This document shows positions 1 through 10,354 of a stretch of 64,000 nt of DNA, one piece after another. Made by a program: the position numbers and the translations under genes. Position 1 is the stretch's first letter. Each line of letters starts with the position of its first letter. The notes beneath the pieces are model-generated. The model did not search any database. It was given only the letters and a program-made list of their open reading frames with translations, and had not been told where the DNA came from. Source of the DNA: Trichormus sp. ATA11-4-KO1 (lineage in GTDB: Bacteria; Cyanobacteriota; Cyanobacteriia; Cyanobacteriales; Nostocaceae); contig JAHHIM010000004.1 of NCBI GenBank assembly GCA_019358915.1, forward strand, positions 64,001-128,000, written 5' to 3'.

Positions 1-1734
1 GTTGCTACGATTGGTCCTGCCACTAGCAGCCCAGAAACGCTGAAGGCAATTATTGAAGCGGGTGCAACGACACTGCGGCTAAACTTCTCCCATGGTACTC
101 ATGCCGACCATCAGCGTAATATTCGCTTAATTCGGCAAACTGCCTTTGAACTAAATCAGCCAGTGGCAATTCTCCAAGATTTGCAAGGGCCAAAAATTCG
201 CTTGGGTCGATTTGAAAACGGGTCGATTATTTTGGCAAAAGGCGATCGCTTCACCTTGACAAATCGCCCAGTTATCGGTTCACAAGAAATTAGCTGTGTT
301 ACCTACGATTATTTGGCTGAAGAAGTCCCAGTAGGTGCAAAAATCCTCCTTGATGATGGTCGAGTAGAAATGCTGGTGGAGGATATTAACCGCGATAAAG
401 GCGATTTACATTGCCGCATTACTGTGCCAGGTAAGTTATCTAACAATAAAGGTGTCAACTTTCCTGGCGTTTACCTATCGATTAAGGCCATGACCGACAA
501 AGACCGCGAGGATCTGGTGTTTGGTCTAGATCAAGGTGTAGACTGGGTAGCTCTTTCCTTTGTCCGCAACCCCCAGGACATGATCGAAATTAAAGAGCTA
601 ATTTCTAGCACAGGCAAGCAGGTGCCAGTAATTGCCAAAATTGAAAAGCATGAAGCTATTGAACAAATGGAAGCGATTCTGGCTTTGTGCGATGGTGTGA
701 TGGTTGCCAGAGGTGACTTAGGAGTAGAACTGCCTGCTGAGGATGTACCTGTACTGCAAAAGCGGCTAATTGCCACGGCAAATCGCTTGGGAATTCCCAT
801 CATTACAGCCACCCAAATGTTGGATAGCATGGTAAACAATCCCCGTCCCACACGTGCTGAAGTATCGGATGTGGCTAATGCGATTTTAGATGGCACGGAT
901 GCGGTGATGCTTTCTAATGAAACTGCTGTAGGTAACTACCCAGTAGAAGCAGTGGCAACAATGGCACGGATTGCTGAACGCATGGAGCAAGAAGAAGTCA
1001 ATCATCCAGCAGTCCGCCCACAAAGAGATGATCGGCGTTCTATTCCTAATGCTATTAGTCAAGCTGTGGGGCAAATTGCTGAACAGTTGGGAGCGGCAGC
1101 AATTATGACTCTAACGCAAACAGGAGCAACTGCCCGTAATGTCTCTAAGTTCCGTCCTCACACACCAATTTTGGCGGTGACACCCCATGTGAATGTGGCC
1201 CGACAGTTACAGATGGTGTGGGGAGTCAAACCATTATTAGTACTGGGGTTACCTTCCACTGGACAAACATTTCAAGCTGCTATCAATGTGGCTCAAGAGC
1301 ATAAGTTTTTGTTTGAGGGTGATTTGGTGGTGATGACTGCTGGCACACTCCAAGGTGTTTCCGGCTCAACGGATTTGGTGAAGGTTGAGGTGGTGACAGC
1401 AGTGCTAGGTCAAGGAATTGGACTAGGACAGGGTTCGGTAAGTGGCCGCGCTAGAGTGGCTCACACTGGTATGGAAGTTAGTAATTTTAACCCTGGTGAT
1501 ATTTTGGTTGCACCCCGCACTGGGGCTGATTTTGTCGAGGCGATTCGCAAAGCTGCTGGGATTATTACGGAAGATGAAAGTCTCACAAGTCATGCAGCAG
1601 TCATTGGTATGCGTCTGGGTGTGCCTGTAATTGTAGGGGTAAAGACGGCGACACAGGTAATTCGTGATGGAGCGATTTTGACGCTGGATCTGCAACGGGG
1701 TTTAGTTTACTCTGGGGCGGTGGGAACTCCGTAA
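1..1734 (+). CDS. pyk: Pyruvate kinase with C-terminal PEP-utiliser mobile domain; 5' end lies outside the window
   Basis: Frame +1 is open from base 1 (VATIGPA...RLNFSHG). Motifs DLQGPKIR, IAKIEK, MVARGDLG and ATQMLDSM; C-terminal TSHAAV mobile domain. Confidence 0.97.
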   Translation, partial: VATIGPATSSPETLKAIIEAGATTLRLNFSHGTHADHQRNIRLIRQTAFELNQPVAILQDLQGPKIRLGRFENGSIILAKGDRFTLTNRPVIGSQEISCVTYDYLAEEVPVGAKILLDDGRVEMLVEDINRDKGDLHCRITVPGKLSNNKGVNFPGVYLSIKAMTDKDREDLVFGLDQGVDWVALSFVRNPQDMIEIKELISSTGKQVPVIAKIEKHEAIEQMEAILALCDGVMVARGDLGVELPAEDVPVLQKRLIATANRLGIPIITATQMLDSMVNNPRPTRAEVSDVANAILDGTDAVMLSNETAVGNYPVEAVATMARIAERMEQEEVNHPAVRPQRDDRRSIPNAISQAVGQIAEQLGAAAIMTLTQTGATARNVSKFRPHTPILAVTPHVNVARQLQMVWGVKPLLVLGLPSTGQTFQAAINVAQEHKFLFEGDLVVMTAGTLQGVSGSTDLVKVEVVTAVLGQGIGLGQGSVSGRARVAHTGMEVSNFNPGDILVAPRTGADFVEAIRKAAGIITEDESLTSHAAVIGMRLGVPVIVGVKTATQVIRDGAILTLDLQRGLVYSGAVGTP

Positions 1735-1764
1735 TTCGTAATTCGTAATTCGTAATTCGTAATT
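1730..1764. repeat. Heptamer tandem repeat (CGTAATT)x5, STRR type
   Basis: Five exact copies spanning the pyk stop codon. Confidence 0.9.
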
Positions 1765-1782
1765 ATGGATTTTTAGAAAAAT

Positions 1783-2370
1783 CTACTCTGGTTGATTTTC
1801 AAATTCCACTTTTTCGTAAATCTGGCGATGGGGAATTTGGCTGTTTGCGGAAGCTAAGGTTAAAATTCCATCTGCATCGTCAGATTCTTTAAATAGCCAG
1901 TTACCTTCTGGAGTTTTGCTGAATTGCTCAATATGAATTTGATATTGGTCAATTAATATATATTCTAGGAATTCGGGGATGGAACGGTAATAAGTAAATT
2001 TATCTCCTCTATCTCTACTACTAGTAGATTTAGAAAGTACCTCAAAAATAATGCTAGGATTTAGCACTGTGTCAGTGCGTTGTTCTGGGAAGATGGCTTC
2101 ATCTTTGATGATGAGAATATCCGGATATGTGTATTCTCGGTATCGAGGAATCCATAGGCGGAGGTCACTAAGGAATACTTCATAAGGCTGTTCTTGCAAG
2201 CTTAGTTCCAGAAGTCTACTCAAGTTGCGGATAATTCGGTTGTGATTAATTGAGCCTCCTGTCATGGGTACAATTTCCCCATTGCGGTATTCGCTGCGAT
2301 ACTCAGATGTCTCTTCATGTAACAGGTATTCTTCTATAGAATGTTGGCGGGGGGGCGTTTGCACAACCAT
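1783..2370 (-). CDS. Uma2 (DUF820) PD-(D/E)xK family endonuclease-like protein
   Basis: EYRNGEIVPMTGGS..H, YPD, EVLSKST and EYILIDQ motifs. ATG at 2370 preferred over the ORF-track start at 2397. Confidence 0.9.
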   Translation of the reverse strand: MVVQTPPRQHSIEEYLLHEETSEYRSEYRNGEIVPMTGGSINHNRIIRNLSRLLELSLQEQPYEVFLSDLRLWIPRYREYTYPDILIIKDEAIFPEQRTDTVLNPSIIFEVLSKSTSSRDRGDKFTYYRSIPEFLEYILIDQYQIHIEQFSKTPEGNWLFKESDDADGILTLASANSQIPHRQIYEKVEFENQPE

Positions 2371-2416
2371 AGGATTTCTTTGTGAGGTCTTGAGCAAGAT
2401 AACTTTAGCCTAACAT

Positions 2417-3511
2417 TCATAAATACCATGATAAAACTTCGGCGGTAGCAAGTCCGGTTTTTTTCCAACTAAATTGATTTGCTCTATTTATACCTTGAAT
2501 GGAAAGGCGCGATCGCAATACTGCATCCCCAGCTATAATCTGCATCGCCTCGTTAATTTCTGCGATGTTGTAGGGATTGATTAAAATAGCTGCATCGCCA
2601 GCAACTTCTGGAAGAGAGGAGAGGTTAGAGGTAATTACCGGAGTCCCACAAGCCATTGCTTCTAGGACAGGGAAACCAAAACCTTCCCAGAGACTAGGGA
2701 AGACAAGAGCGATCGCCTCATTAATAATTTTTGGCAATTCGCTATGAGATACATAGTTGAGAAACTTCACTTGGTGAGTTATCCCCAGTTCTGCAACCTG
2801 CGTTTGTAAAGCTGGTGTATAACGCGGATCGATGGGGCCTGCTAGCCATAGTTCGTATTCGCCTCTGTTTGGTAATGCAGCAAAAGCCGCAATTAGGCGA
2901 TATAGATTTTTATGAGGGTCATGTCGTCCAATGTAGAGAAAATAATTGCAGGTAGGTAGATTGAGAGAACGAAAGTGAGTGCGATCGTGAGCGAGGGGAA
3001 TGGGGGTAATTTTGTGGGCGGGAATTTGGTAAAAGTCGATGATATCCTTTGCTGTAGCGTGGGAATTACAAATAATATGTTGGGACTGTTTAAGGACTTG
3101 GGGAATATAGTAGCGATGGTATGGTGTCAAAGGTGAAAAGCGTTTGGGAAAGCGTAATGGTATTAAGTCGTGAGACATGACGACAAAACGACAGTTACTA
3201 TAAAGCGGCGCTTCCGGTAGAGGGGAAAACAACAGCCGCGATTTTAGTTGTTGATAGATTTGCGGTAATTGAAACTGTGTCCAGATCAGGCGATCGCAAT
3301 GCCCTTTTGTGCCTTGAGCAGGAGTAAGATTATTTGGGACTGGGTAGCAGTTAAATTTCGGGTTGTTTTGTGCTGTTAGTAGGGTGGGTTCTAGAGATTT
3401 TAAATAAGTAAAAATATTTTGAGCATACTTACTAATACCTGTGGGTTGAGGTAAGAGAATGGATAAGTTAATAATTAATTGATGAGAGCCGGAATTATTT
3501 GATAGTTTCAT
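2417..3511 (-). CDS. GT4 glycosyltransferase (MtfB/WbpY-like)
   Basis: [19 protein letters not shown] (Ex7E) and HKN motifs. Confidence 0.92.
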   Translation of the reverse strand: MKLSNNSGSHQLIINLSILLPQPTGISKYAQNIFTYLKSLEPTLLTAQNNPKFNCYPVPNNLTPAQGTKGHCDRLIWTQFQLPQIYQQLKSRLLFSPLPEAPLYSNCRFVVMSHDLIPLRFPKRFSPLTPYHRYYIPQVLKQSQHIICNSHATAKDIIDFYQIPAHKITPIPLAHDRTHFRSLNLPTCNYFLYIGRHDPHKNLYRLIAAFAALPNRGEYELWLAGPIDPRYTPALQTQVAELGITHQVKFLNYVSHSELPKIINEAIALVFPSLWEGFGFPVLEAMACGTPVITSNLSSLPEVAGDAAILINPYNIAEINEAMQIIAGDAVLRSRLSIQGINRANQFSWKKTGLATAEVLSWYL

Positions 3512-3677
3512 TAAACAATAGTTCTATAAGCCTTTAATGTTGATTTTGCTGTTCTTTCCCAAGAAAATAATTTTGCTCTTTCTCTACCTTTATTAATTAA
3601 ATTTTGGTAATATAAAACCCACCTCACTTGTTTTTTTATGGAGGTGGTATCAACTACAACCTTTAACATCAAAATCT

Positions 3678-4652
3678 TTAAGCTACGGCGTTGCTCAATT
3701 TTTTGAGGTCATAATCAACCATTAATTCAACCATTTGCTGAAAAGCATGTTGAGGTTGCCAACGTAATTTAGTATGAATTTTATTAATGGAACCAACTAA
3801 TTGTACTGGTTCATCAGGGCGATAGAATGCGGGGTCAACTGAGACATAATCTTGCCAATTTAGACCAACGCAGTTGAAAGCACACTCAACGAGTTCTCTC
3901 ACCGAATGAGTTTCACCACTGGCAATAATATAATCGTCTGGTTGTTCTTGTTGTAACATCAGCCACATAGCATAAACAGCATCTTTGGCGTAGCACCAAT
4001 CACGTCGGGCATCTAAGTTGCCTAATTTGAGTTCATTTGCCAACCCAAGTTTAATTTGGGCTGCTGCGTGGGTAATTTTGCGGAATACAAATTCTGTACC
4101 GCGTCGTGGGGATTCGTGTGTATAAGTAATACCGCAGCAGCCATAGAGGTTATATTTTTGCCGATAGTTGATAGTCATCCAGTGGGCGTAAGCTTTGGCA
4201 ACTCCGTAGGGGTTACGGGGACGAAAAGCAGTGCGTTCGGTTTGGGGTGATTCGTCTGGTTGACCAAAAACTTCACTACTAGAGGCTTGGTAAAATTTAG
4301 CATCTGGTTTGCAGCGACGGATTGATTCTAAGAGACGGGAAACACCGAGGGCTGTGTATTCGGCGGTGAGGGCTGGTTGAGTCCAAGAAAGGGGAACGTA
4401 GCTTTGAGAGGCGAGGTTATAGATTTCATCAGGTTGTGAGTCTGTAATTACGTCCATTAAGGAAGATTGATCTAGAAGGTCACCAGATACAATTTGAACA
4501 TTATCTGAAAGATGGCTAATGCGTTCTAAGTTGCTGGTGCTGGAACGGCGGACTAAGCCGAATACTTGGTAACCTTTTGTGATGAGAAGTTCGGCGAGAT
4601 AAGAACCATCTTGTCCGGTTAGTCCGGTGATTAGGGCTTTTTTAGATGTCAT
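3678..4652 (-). CDS. gmd: GDP-mannose 4,6-dehydratase
   Basis: ALITGLTGQDGSYLAE, YQASSSE, NPYGVAK, HESPRRG, LGNLDARRDW. Confidence 0.95.
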   Translation of the reverse strand: MTSKKALITGLTGQDGSYLAELLITKGYQVFGLVRRSSTSNLERISHLSDNVQIVSGDLLDQSSLMDVITDSQPDEIYNLASQSYVPLSWTQPALTAEYTALGVSRLLESIRRCKPDAKFYQASSSEVFGQPDESPQTERTAFRPRNPYGVAKAYAHWMTINYRQKYNLYGCCGITYTHESPRRGTEFVFRKITHAAAQIKLGLANELKLGNLDARRDWCYAKDAVYAMWLMLQQEQPDDYIIASGETHSVRELVECAFNCVGLNWQDYVSVDPAFYRPDEPVQLVGSINKIHTKLRWQPQHAFQQMVELMVDYDLKKLSNAVA

Positions 4653-4665
4653 CTGTTATTCAATA

Positions 4666-5076
4666 TTAATATTCTGGAGCTATGAGTTCTAATGTGGGAA
4701 AGTAAGTGCGATATCGATTAACGTCTCTTGTTAACAGAATCATATCCGCGATCGCCGCGTGAGCGCCAATATAAAAGTCAGGTAGAGGCGATCGTTTTGT
4801 TCCACCTTTTTGGCGATATTGCACAAAGCATTTTCCTGCCAGAAATCCTGCTTCCCAAGGTAAGTCTAAACGGTGAAAAAAATTTAGAGGTAAGATTGCT
4901 TCTAGTTGTTCTATATTGTGAAAGCCAATTGAAACTTCGGCATAAATAATGGGGTTAATGTTAAGTTGAGTCTGTTCAGCATATTTAATTAATTGATCAG
5001 CCGACCAATCAAACCAATTAGCATCTTCTGTGACAACATCAAGAATAATGTTACTGTCAACCAGTATTTCTTTCAT
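4666..5076 (-). CDS. vapC: VapC PIN-domain toxin
   Basis: ILVDSNIILD start, PDFYIGAHA, LLTRD; overlaps the upstream AbrB-type gene by 4 bp. Confidence 0.92.
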   Translation of the reverse strand: MKEILVDSNIILDVVTEDANWFDWSADQLIKYAEQTQLNINPIIYAEVSIGFHNIEQLEAILPLNFFHRLDLPWEAGFLAGKCFVQYRQKGGTKRSPLPDFYIGAHAAIADMILLTRDVNRYRTYFPTLELIAPEY

Positions 5077-5303
5077 TGATCTTGTCTAGTTAGTGCCATT
5101 ATCTCATCGGTAGTCATTTTGACTGTTGCTTTACCTCGCATCCTTTCTACTAGATTTTGAGCAGAAGTGAAATGACCTTTAGCTTTTCTTAAGTAAACAG
5201 CATCTCCAATAACTTCAAACTCTACTTCTGTGTAGGGGAAAAGTCCTAGTTTTTCCCGTATTTCTACGGGAATAGTTACTTGTCCTTTAGATGTAATTCT
5301 CAT
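5073..5303 (-). CDS. AbrB/MazE/SpoVT-family antitoxin (VapB)
   Basis: MRITSKGQVTIPVEIREKLGL swapped-hairpin motif. Confidence 0.92.
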   Translation of the reverse strand: MRITSKGQVTIPVEIREKLGLFPYTEVEFEVIGDAVYLRKAKGHFTSAQNLVERMRGKATVKMTTDEIMALTRQDQ

Positions 5304-5362
5304 ATTTTTGCTCTCAAGTAAGAAAAGTTTTACTTTTAGTATTACATGGCTGAACCAGAGAA

Positions 5363-5590
5363 TAAGTGGGACGATATAAATAATTCAAGGTTTGTAGTGT
5401 AAAGCCCTGACGGGCATAGCTGCGCTTACCGCGAAGCGTCTCGCAGAGAGGACTTTAGTCCTCTCTATTTCTGGTGGTTGACGCTGCGCTTACTGCACAG
5501 CTTTTTTGCAAAAAAGGGCTAAAGCCCTGACTACGAACTTATTTTTTTCATAACTTGAAATAGTTTGATATATTCCCGCCAACTTACTTA
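5363..5590. repeat. Nested repeat element: degraded MITE-like ends around a REP-like palindrome pair, with inserted small dispersed repeats
   Basis: Ends TAAGTGGGACGATATA and TATATTCCCGCCAACTTACTTA. Internal GTTTGTAGT..ACTACGAAC inverted pair; AAAGCCCTGAC at 5401 and 5521; segment 5401-5438 recurs near 54995. Confidence 0.6.
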
Positions 5591-5606
5591 ACAGAGTAGT
5601 AAATCT

Positions 5607-6461
5607 CTAGTGTGTCTTAGTCAGACATCGCCTTAAATACATTAACACCCCGCCCATTTTTCCTAGTGATACTTGAGGTTTGACAGCAATTAAAATAATT
5701 GCGTACACAATAAGCCGAGTGAATCTGATTGTTTGCACTGCTGGATTTGTATATTTTTCTAATGTTATTAAATAGCTATATGTACTATATTTAATTTTTA
5801 AATAAACATTTCTATTCGTAATTGAAGAGGGTTGATGTATCACATTGAAATGCTTGGTTACTGCAATTACATGTCCTTGATGGGCATAGCGTTGACAAAA
5901 ATCAAAATCCTCATAGTATAAAAAGTAAGCAGGGTCAAATAAAGGAGTTGCAGAAAATTTCCGTAAATTAATTATTAGGCTACAGCCTGAAACCCAGTCA
6001 CAAGTAACATAAGATTTATCTGTATGTGTTAACAAGTCTTCATGAAGAATTGCACCTGTTCTAGGAATAAAGCGACCACCTGCAAACCAAACTTCATCTT
6101 TAGGAGTATAAATAATAGTGCCAAGAATTGATAACTCTGAATGAGAATTAAAAAATATATTAACTTCTGCTAGATAATTTTTTGGTAAATAAGCATCTGG
6201 ATTAATTATCCAAATAATTGCTTGCTTATCTTGATTAAAAATATATTGTATACCTAAGTTGCAAGCATTACCAAAGCCAATATTTTCTTCAGCATGTATA
6301 ATCTGCACATATTCACTTTGGATATTGTTAATATCAGTATCTTCAGAAGAATTATTGATTACTAAGACTTTGTAAGCAATATCTTGGTTTGCTGGTAATG
6401 AATTGATTAATTTAGTTAAGAGATGCGTAGAATAATAGTTAACTGTTAAAAAGTAAATCAT
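5607..6461 (-). CDS. GT2 glycosyltransferase (WbbL-like rhamnosyltransferase)
   Basis: NIGFGNACNLG, INPD, WVSGCSL, FLYYEDFDFC; directly downstream of the rml genes. Confidence 0.88.
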   Translation of the reverse strand: MIYFLTVNYYSTHLLTKLINSLPANQDIAYKVLVINNSSEDTDINNIQSEYVQIIHAEENIGFGNACNLGIQYIFNQDKQAIIWIINPDAYLPKNYLAEVNIFFNSHSELSILGTIIYTPKDEVWFAGGRFIPRTGAILHEDLLTHTDKSYVTCDWVSGCSLIINLRKFSATPLFDPAYFLYYEDFDFCQRYAHQGHVIAVTKHFNVIHQPSSITNRNVYLKIKYSTYSYLITLEKYTNPAVQTIRFTRLIVYAIILIAVKPQVSLGKMGGVLMYLRRCLTKTH

Positions 6462-7534
6462 GTCAGTTCAATTTGACAATCATCACCAATTAAAAATCGT
6501 ATAGCTTTAGGACGACGGGGGGCAATAGTCAATTGTGCGCGTTGCCCAATGACACTATCAATAATACGCTGATTAATTCCCACAATTTTCGCACCTTCTA
6601 AAATTACGCTGTGTTCTAAATCGGTATCAATCAGCGTTGTATAATTAGCAATGCTACTGTAGGGGCCAATAAAGCAGTTTTCTAAATAACAGCCGCTACC
6701 AATCACTACTGGCCCGCGAATTGTACAATTGATAATTTGAGAATTAGTATCAATTTGGACTCGCCCAATAATCTGACTTTTGTCATCAACTTCGCCTAAA
6801 TTAGATGTTTTTAAACAAGTATCGAGAATCAAACGGTTAGCTTCTAGTAAATCATCTTTTTTACCGGTATCTAGCCACCAACCATATAGCTTACAGGCTA
6901 CAACTTGTTTCTGTTGGTCTATTAAACATTGAATAGCATCGGTGATTTCTAACTCGCCTCTATTTGAAGGTTGGATCAGAGAAATGGCATCATGGATAAT
7001 AGGGGAAAAGAAATAAACCCCTACCAATGCTAAATTTGATGGGGGCACTTTGGGTTTTTCAATTAATTCTAATACCCGCCCTGTATCATCTACCTTAGCT
7101 ACACCAAAAGCGCTAGGATTAACAACTTCACGCAGCAGAATTAAGGCTTCTGGTTGTTGTTGGATAAATTCTTGTAAAAAGTAGCTTAAATCACCTTGTT
7201 GAATCAGGTTATCACCCAAATACATAATAAAGGGTGAATCTGCTAAAAAAGGACGGGCGACTGTAACAGCATGAGCTAGACCGGCTGGCTGGTCTTGTAA
7301 AATATAAGTGATTTTAGCTCCAAATAGTTCGCCATTTCCAGTTTTGCTTTGTACCTCTGCGCCTGTTTCTGGACTGATAATGATACCAATATCAGTAATA
7401 CCCGCCGCAACCATCTCTTCAATCCCATACCACAAAATTGGTTTATTGGCAACTGGAACGAGTTGTTTTGCGCCTGTATAGGTGAGTGGGCGTAAGCGTG
7501 TACCTTTACCGCCGGAGAGAATCAGTGCTTTCAT
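6458..7534 (-). CDS. rfbA: Glucose-1-phosphate thymidylyltransferase (long form)
   Basis: LSGGKGTRLRPLTYTGAKQLVPVANKP, YLGDN, RGELEITDA. Confidence 0.95.
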   Translation of the reverse strand: MKALILSGGKGTRLRPLTYTGAKQLVPVANKPILWYGIEEMVAAGITDIGIIISPETGAEVQSKTGNGELFGAKITYILQDQPAGLAHAVTVARPFLADSPFIMYLGDNLIQQGDLSYFLQEFIQQQPEALILLREVVNPSAFGVAKVDDTGRVLELIEKPKVPPSNLALVGVYFFSPIIHDAISLIQPSNRGELEITDAIQCLIDQQKQVVACKLYGWWLDTGKKDDLLEANRLILDTCLKTSNLGEVDDKSQIIGRVQIDTNSQIINCTIRGPVVIGSGCYLENCFIGPYSSIANYTTLIDTDLEHSVILEGAKIVGINQRIIDSVIGQRAQLTIAPRRPKAIRFLIGDDCQIELT

Positions 7535-7539
7535 AGTGA

Positions 7540-8424
7540 TTAAGATTTAGAGAGCCAGTCTTTGAGCATTAATCTCAGTCTTTGTCGCCAGTGGGGGGGG
7601 TAAGTTCCTAAAACTTGTGATATCTTCCCACAAGCCAGGACAGGATAAGCAGGGCGACGGGCTAAGGTGGGATATTCGGCGGTGGTGATGGGGATAATTT
7701 TTTGGGCTGTGAGGGGAAAGCCTAACTGTTGGGCTTCTTCAAAAATCGCCACGGCAAAATCGTACCAGCTAATAACGCCACTATTGGTATAGTGATATGT
7801 ATCGGCAATTTCTGGTGTTAATTGGGGTATCATCTGGGCAATAACATCAGCTATATCTTGCGCCCATGTGGGACTACCAATTTGATCAGTAACTACACCA
7901 ATTTCTGAGCGTTCTTTACCTAGTCGCAGCATGGTTTTGACAAAGTTACTTTTGCCAAATGTGCCGTAAACCCAAGCTGTGCGAAGAATAATATGATGGG
8001 GATGAGTTTGTTGAATTGCTATTTCTCCCGCTAGTTTGGTTTTCCCGTAAATACCTAAAGGGTTGGTTGCATCAGTTTCTTGGTATGGGCGACTTTGCTG
8101 TCCATCAAATACGTAATCTGTGGACAAGTGAATTAAAAAACAGCCGAGTTCTTGGCTGGCTTCGGCGATAATTTGGGGGGCTGTAGCATTAATAGCTGTT
8201 GCTAGTTCGGGTTCGGTTTCGGCTTTATCTACAGCAGTGTAAGCGGCGGCGTTAATGATTATTTGTGGTTGGATTTCTCTGATGATTTGACACAGGTGAT
8301 CAGGTTGGGTGAGGTCTATTTCGGGGCGTGCAAGTGGGATGATTTTATGATTGGGTGCAAGGATTTTTTCTAATTCTTGACCTACTTGACCATTACTACC
8401 CAGTAGTAAGATTGATTCACTCAT
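7540..8424 (-). CDS. rfbD: dTDP-4-dehydrorhamnose reductase
   Basis: GSNGQVG, NAAAYTAVDKAE, STDYVFDG, YGKTK. Confidence 0.95.
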   Translation of the reverse strand: MSESILLLGSNGQVGQELEKILAPNHKIIPLARPEIDLTQPDHLCQIIREIQPQIIINAAAYTAVDKAETEPELATAINATAPQIIAEASQELGCFLIHLSTDYVFDGQQSRPYQETDATNPLGIYGKTKLAGEIAIQQTHPHHIILRTAWVYGTFGKSNFVKTMLRLGKERSEIGVVTDQIGSPTWAQDIADVIAQMIPQLTPEIADTYHYTNSGVISWYDFAVAIFEEAQQLGFPLTAQKIIPITTAEYPTLARRPAYPVLACGKISQVLGTYPPHWRQRLRLMLKDWLSKS

Positions 8425-8962
8425 ATACTTCCGCGCTTCTAAATGGCTGACCGTTGCTATCTTTAGCTGATAATATTGGTTGTTCTGTGATCGGCCAATC
8501 TATAGCTAAATCTAGATCATTCCATAGAATAGTGCGATCGCCTTGAGGTGCGTAATAATCTGTAGTTTTGTAAATAACTTCAGCAACTTCTGATAGCACG
8601 AGAAAACCGTGAGCAAAGCCTGGTGGTATCCACAGTTGGTGTTTATTCTCAGCGCTGAGTTCATAACCTACCCATTGTCCGAAGGTAGGGGAGTTTTTTC
8701 TTATATCTACAGCTACGTCAAAGATGGTACCAACAATGGCACGAACGAGTTTACCTTGGGGTTGGATAATTTGGTAGTGCAGTCCGCGTAGGACATTTTG
8801 TTGGGAAGCCGAGTGGTTGTCTTGGACGAAGTTAACGGTAATACCCAACTTGTCTACAAATTTTTGGTGATTGTACGATTCCAAGAAAAAACCACGTGAG
8901 TCAGTGAATACTTGCGGTTCGATGAGGTAAATATCAGGGATTTCAGTGGATATAAGTTGCAC
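8417..8962 (-). CDS. rfbC: dTDP-4-dehydrorhamnose 3,5-epimerase
   Basis: DSRGFF, QDNHS, LRGLHYQ, GFAHGF. Probable GTG start at 8962; the ORF track extends it to 9034. Confidence 0.95.
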   Translation of the reverse strand: MQLISTEIPDIYLIEPQVFTDSRGFFLESYNHQKFVDKLGITVNFVQDNHSASQQNVLRGLHYQIIQPQGKLVRAIVGTIFDVAVDIRKNSPTFGQWVGYELSAENKHQLWIPPGFAHGFLVLSEVAEVIYKTTDYYAPQGDRTILWNDLDLAIDWPITEQPILSAKDSNGQPFRSAEVYE

Positions 8963-8996
8963 GGGTGTTGATGCTACTGGTATTGGCAAGAATAAT

Positions 8997-9464
8997 TTAG
9001 CACATAACATTTCTCCACGTGTGAGCTTCAGCAAAGCGGCTTAAATGCTTGACATTTGTAGTTGCGATTACAACGTAACGACCAGGAAATTCTTGTTTAA
9101 ATTCTTGCCACTGGCTACAGATAATAATGTCAATATCAAGGCTTTTGTTGTCTGCTGTTGGGATACCTTGACTACGAGCAGATGCCCAAAGCGAGGAGGC
9201 TTGTATTAATAATGAAGAAGAAACAGGCAAAAAATCAATTATTTCTCTGATGTTATTTAAATTTTCTATATTTTGAAGATGAGGTTTACGCTTAGTTTCC
9301 AAAATTAGGCTTCTTCTTACTTCATAATCACATAAATCTGACAAACACACATACACACCTTGAGAAAGCAAGCTGTATAACCATTGCTCACAATCACTAG
9401 TTTCACCAATTTTATTAGGATTTACAAGTATTCCCAGTACACCAGAGTCAATCAAAACAATCAT
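8997..9464 (-). CDS. PIN-domain toxin, cyanobacterial VapC-like
   Basis: VLIDSGVLG, DYEVRR, LDIDIII, IATTNVKHL. Confidence 0.85.
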   Translation of the reverse strand: MIVLIDSGVLGILVNPNKIGETSDCEQWLYSLLSQGVYVCLSDLCDYEVRRSLILETKRKPHLQNIENLNNIREIIDFLPVSSSLLIQASSLWASARSQGIPTADNKSLDIDIIICSQWQEFKQEFPGRYVVIATTNVKHLSRFAEAHTWRNVMC

Positions 9465-9847
9465 GATTGTGAATATAACTTTTGTCCTGGAGACCTTTGT
9501 GCATCAATTATTTGCTTAAATTCCTCAAAAAATTCTTCCCGTTCTCTGGCTTCTTCCTCAGACATATTGTGATGTTTTTCTATACGTTTAGCTAAAAGTG
9601 TGATCGCTTTTTGGTTTTTCTGTATTTGCTGCTCTTTATCCCATCCTGATTGACTAAAGTTTCCTGTTTTCCCTTTATCTAATTCCAAAATTTTTTTCAA
9701 ACTTTGAACATCTGATACTTCTAAGTTAATAGGATTAGGATATCCTTCTAAAATTAGTTGATAATTACTATTGCTATCTGGAATAAGAGCAATAAAACGA
9801 GCTATATCTAGTATTTTGCCGCTAGGTAGTTCTACTGTTGTGTTCAT
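9461..9847 (-). CDS. Probable antitoxin partner of the PIN protein
   Basis: 4-bp overlap with the PIN gene and a charged helical C-terminus; ATG at 9847 preferred. Confidence 0.6.
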   Translation of the reverse strand: MNTTVELPSGKILDIARFIALIPDSNSNYQLILEGYPNPINLEVSDVQSLKKILELDKGKTGNFSQSGWDKEQQIQKNQKAITLLAKRIEKHHNMSEEEAREREEFFEEFKQIIDAQRSPGQKLYSQS

Positions 9848-9960
9848 GAACAATATTTTATAGTAGTTACATATATATTTTACTGATTTGACTACTAAAT
9901 TTGGGCAGTCCAAACTGGAGAGAAATTTTTTCGTGCGCTAGTACAGTGCTGACTTATCAA

Positions 9961-10329
9961 TTAGTTTTTCCATACTACTAATATAACTCCGCCCATAATG
10001 AAACTCAAACCTACTATACGAGTAATGGGAACGCTTTCTTTGAATAAAAAGTAACCTAGTAATACAGAAAAAACATAAACTAATGATACGGATGGGCCAG
10101 CTATGCTGAGATTAACTCTGGTCAAGAGGAGAATATAGGCTAAAGCACCTAAAGCGTAAAAAGCTAATCCTCCCATTAATTCAGGTATCGTGATAATACG
10201 AATAATGTGACTAACAGCATTATCAATACTAACTTTTCCTAACTTTGTTGCTCCTGTTTTTAAGAAAAATTGCCCTGCCACACTGGTTAAAACTGACATA
10301 AGCAATAAACAAAATTCTTGCAGTGTCAC
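9961..10329 (-). CDS. SMR/EamA-like small transporter (ArnE/ArnF-like lipid-sugar flippase)
   Basis: 122 aa with four hydrophobic segments; GQFFLK and LSIAGP..S..Y..FKE pattern. Confidence 0.8.
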   Translation of the reverse strand: MTLQEFCLLLMSVLTSVAGQFFLKTGATKLGKVSIDNAVSHIIRIITIPELMGGLAFYALGALAYILLLTRVNLSIAGPSVSLVYVFSVLLGYFLFKESVPITRIVGLSFIMGGVILVVWKN

Positions 10330-10354
10330 AGTGATTTCCTCATAATAATTGATA

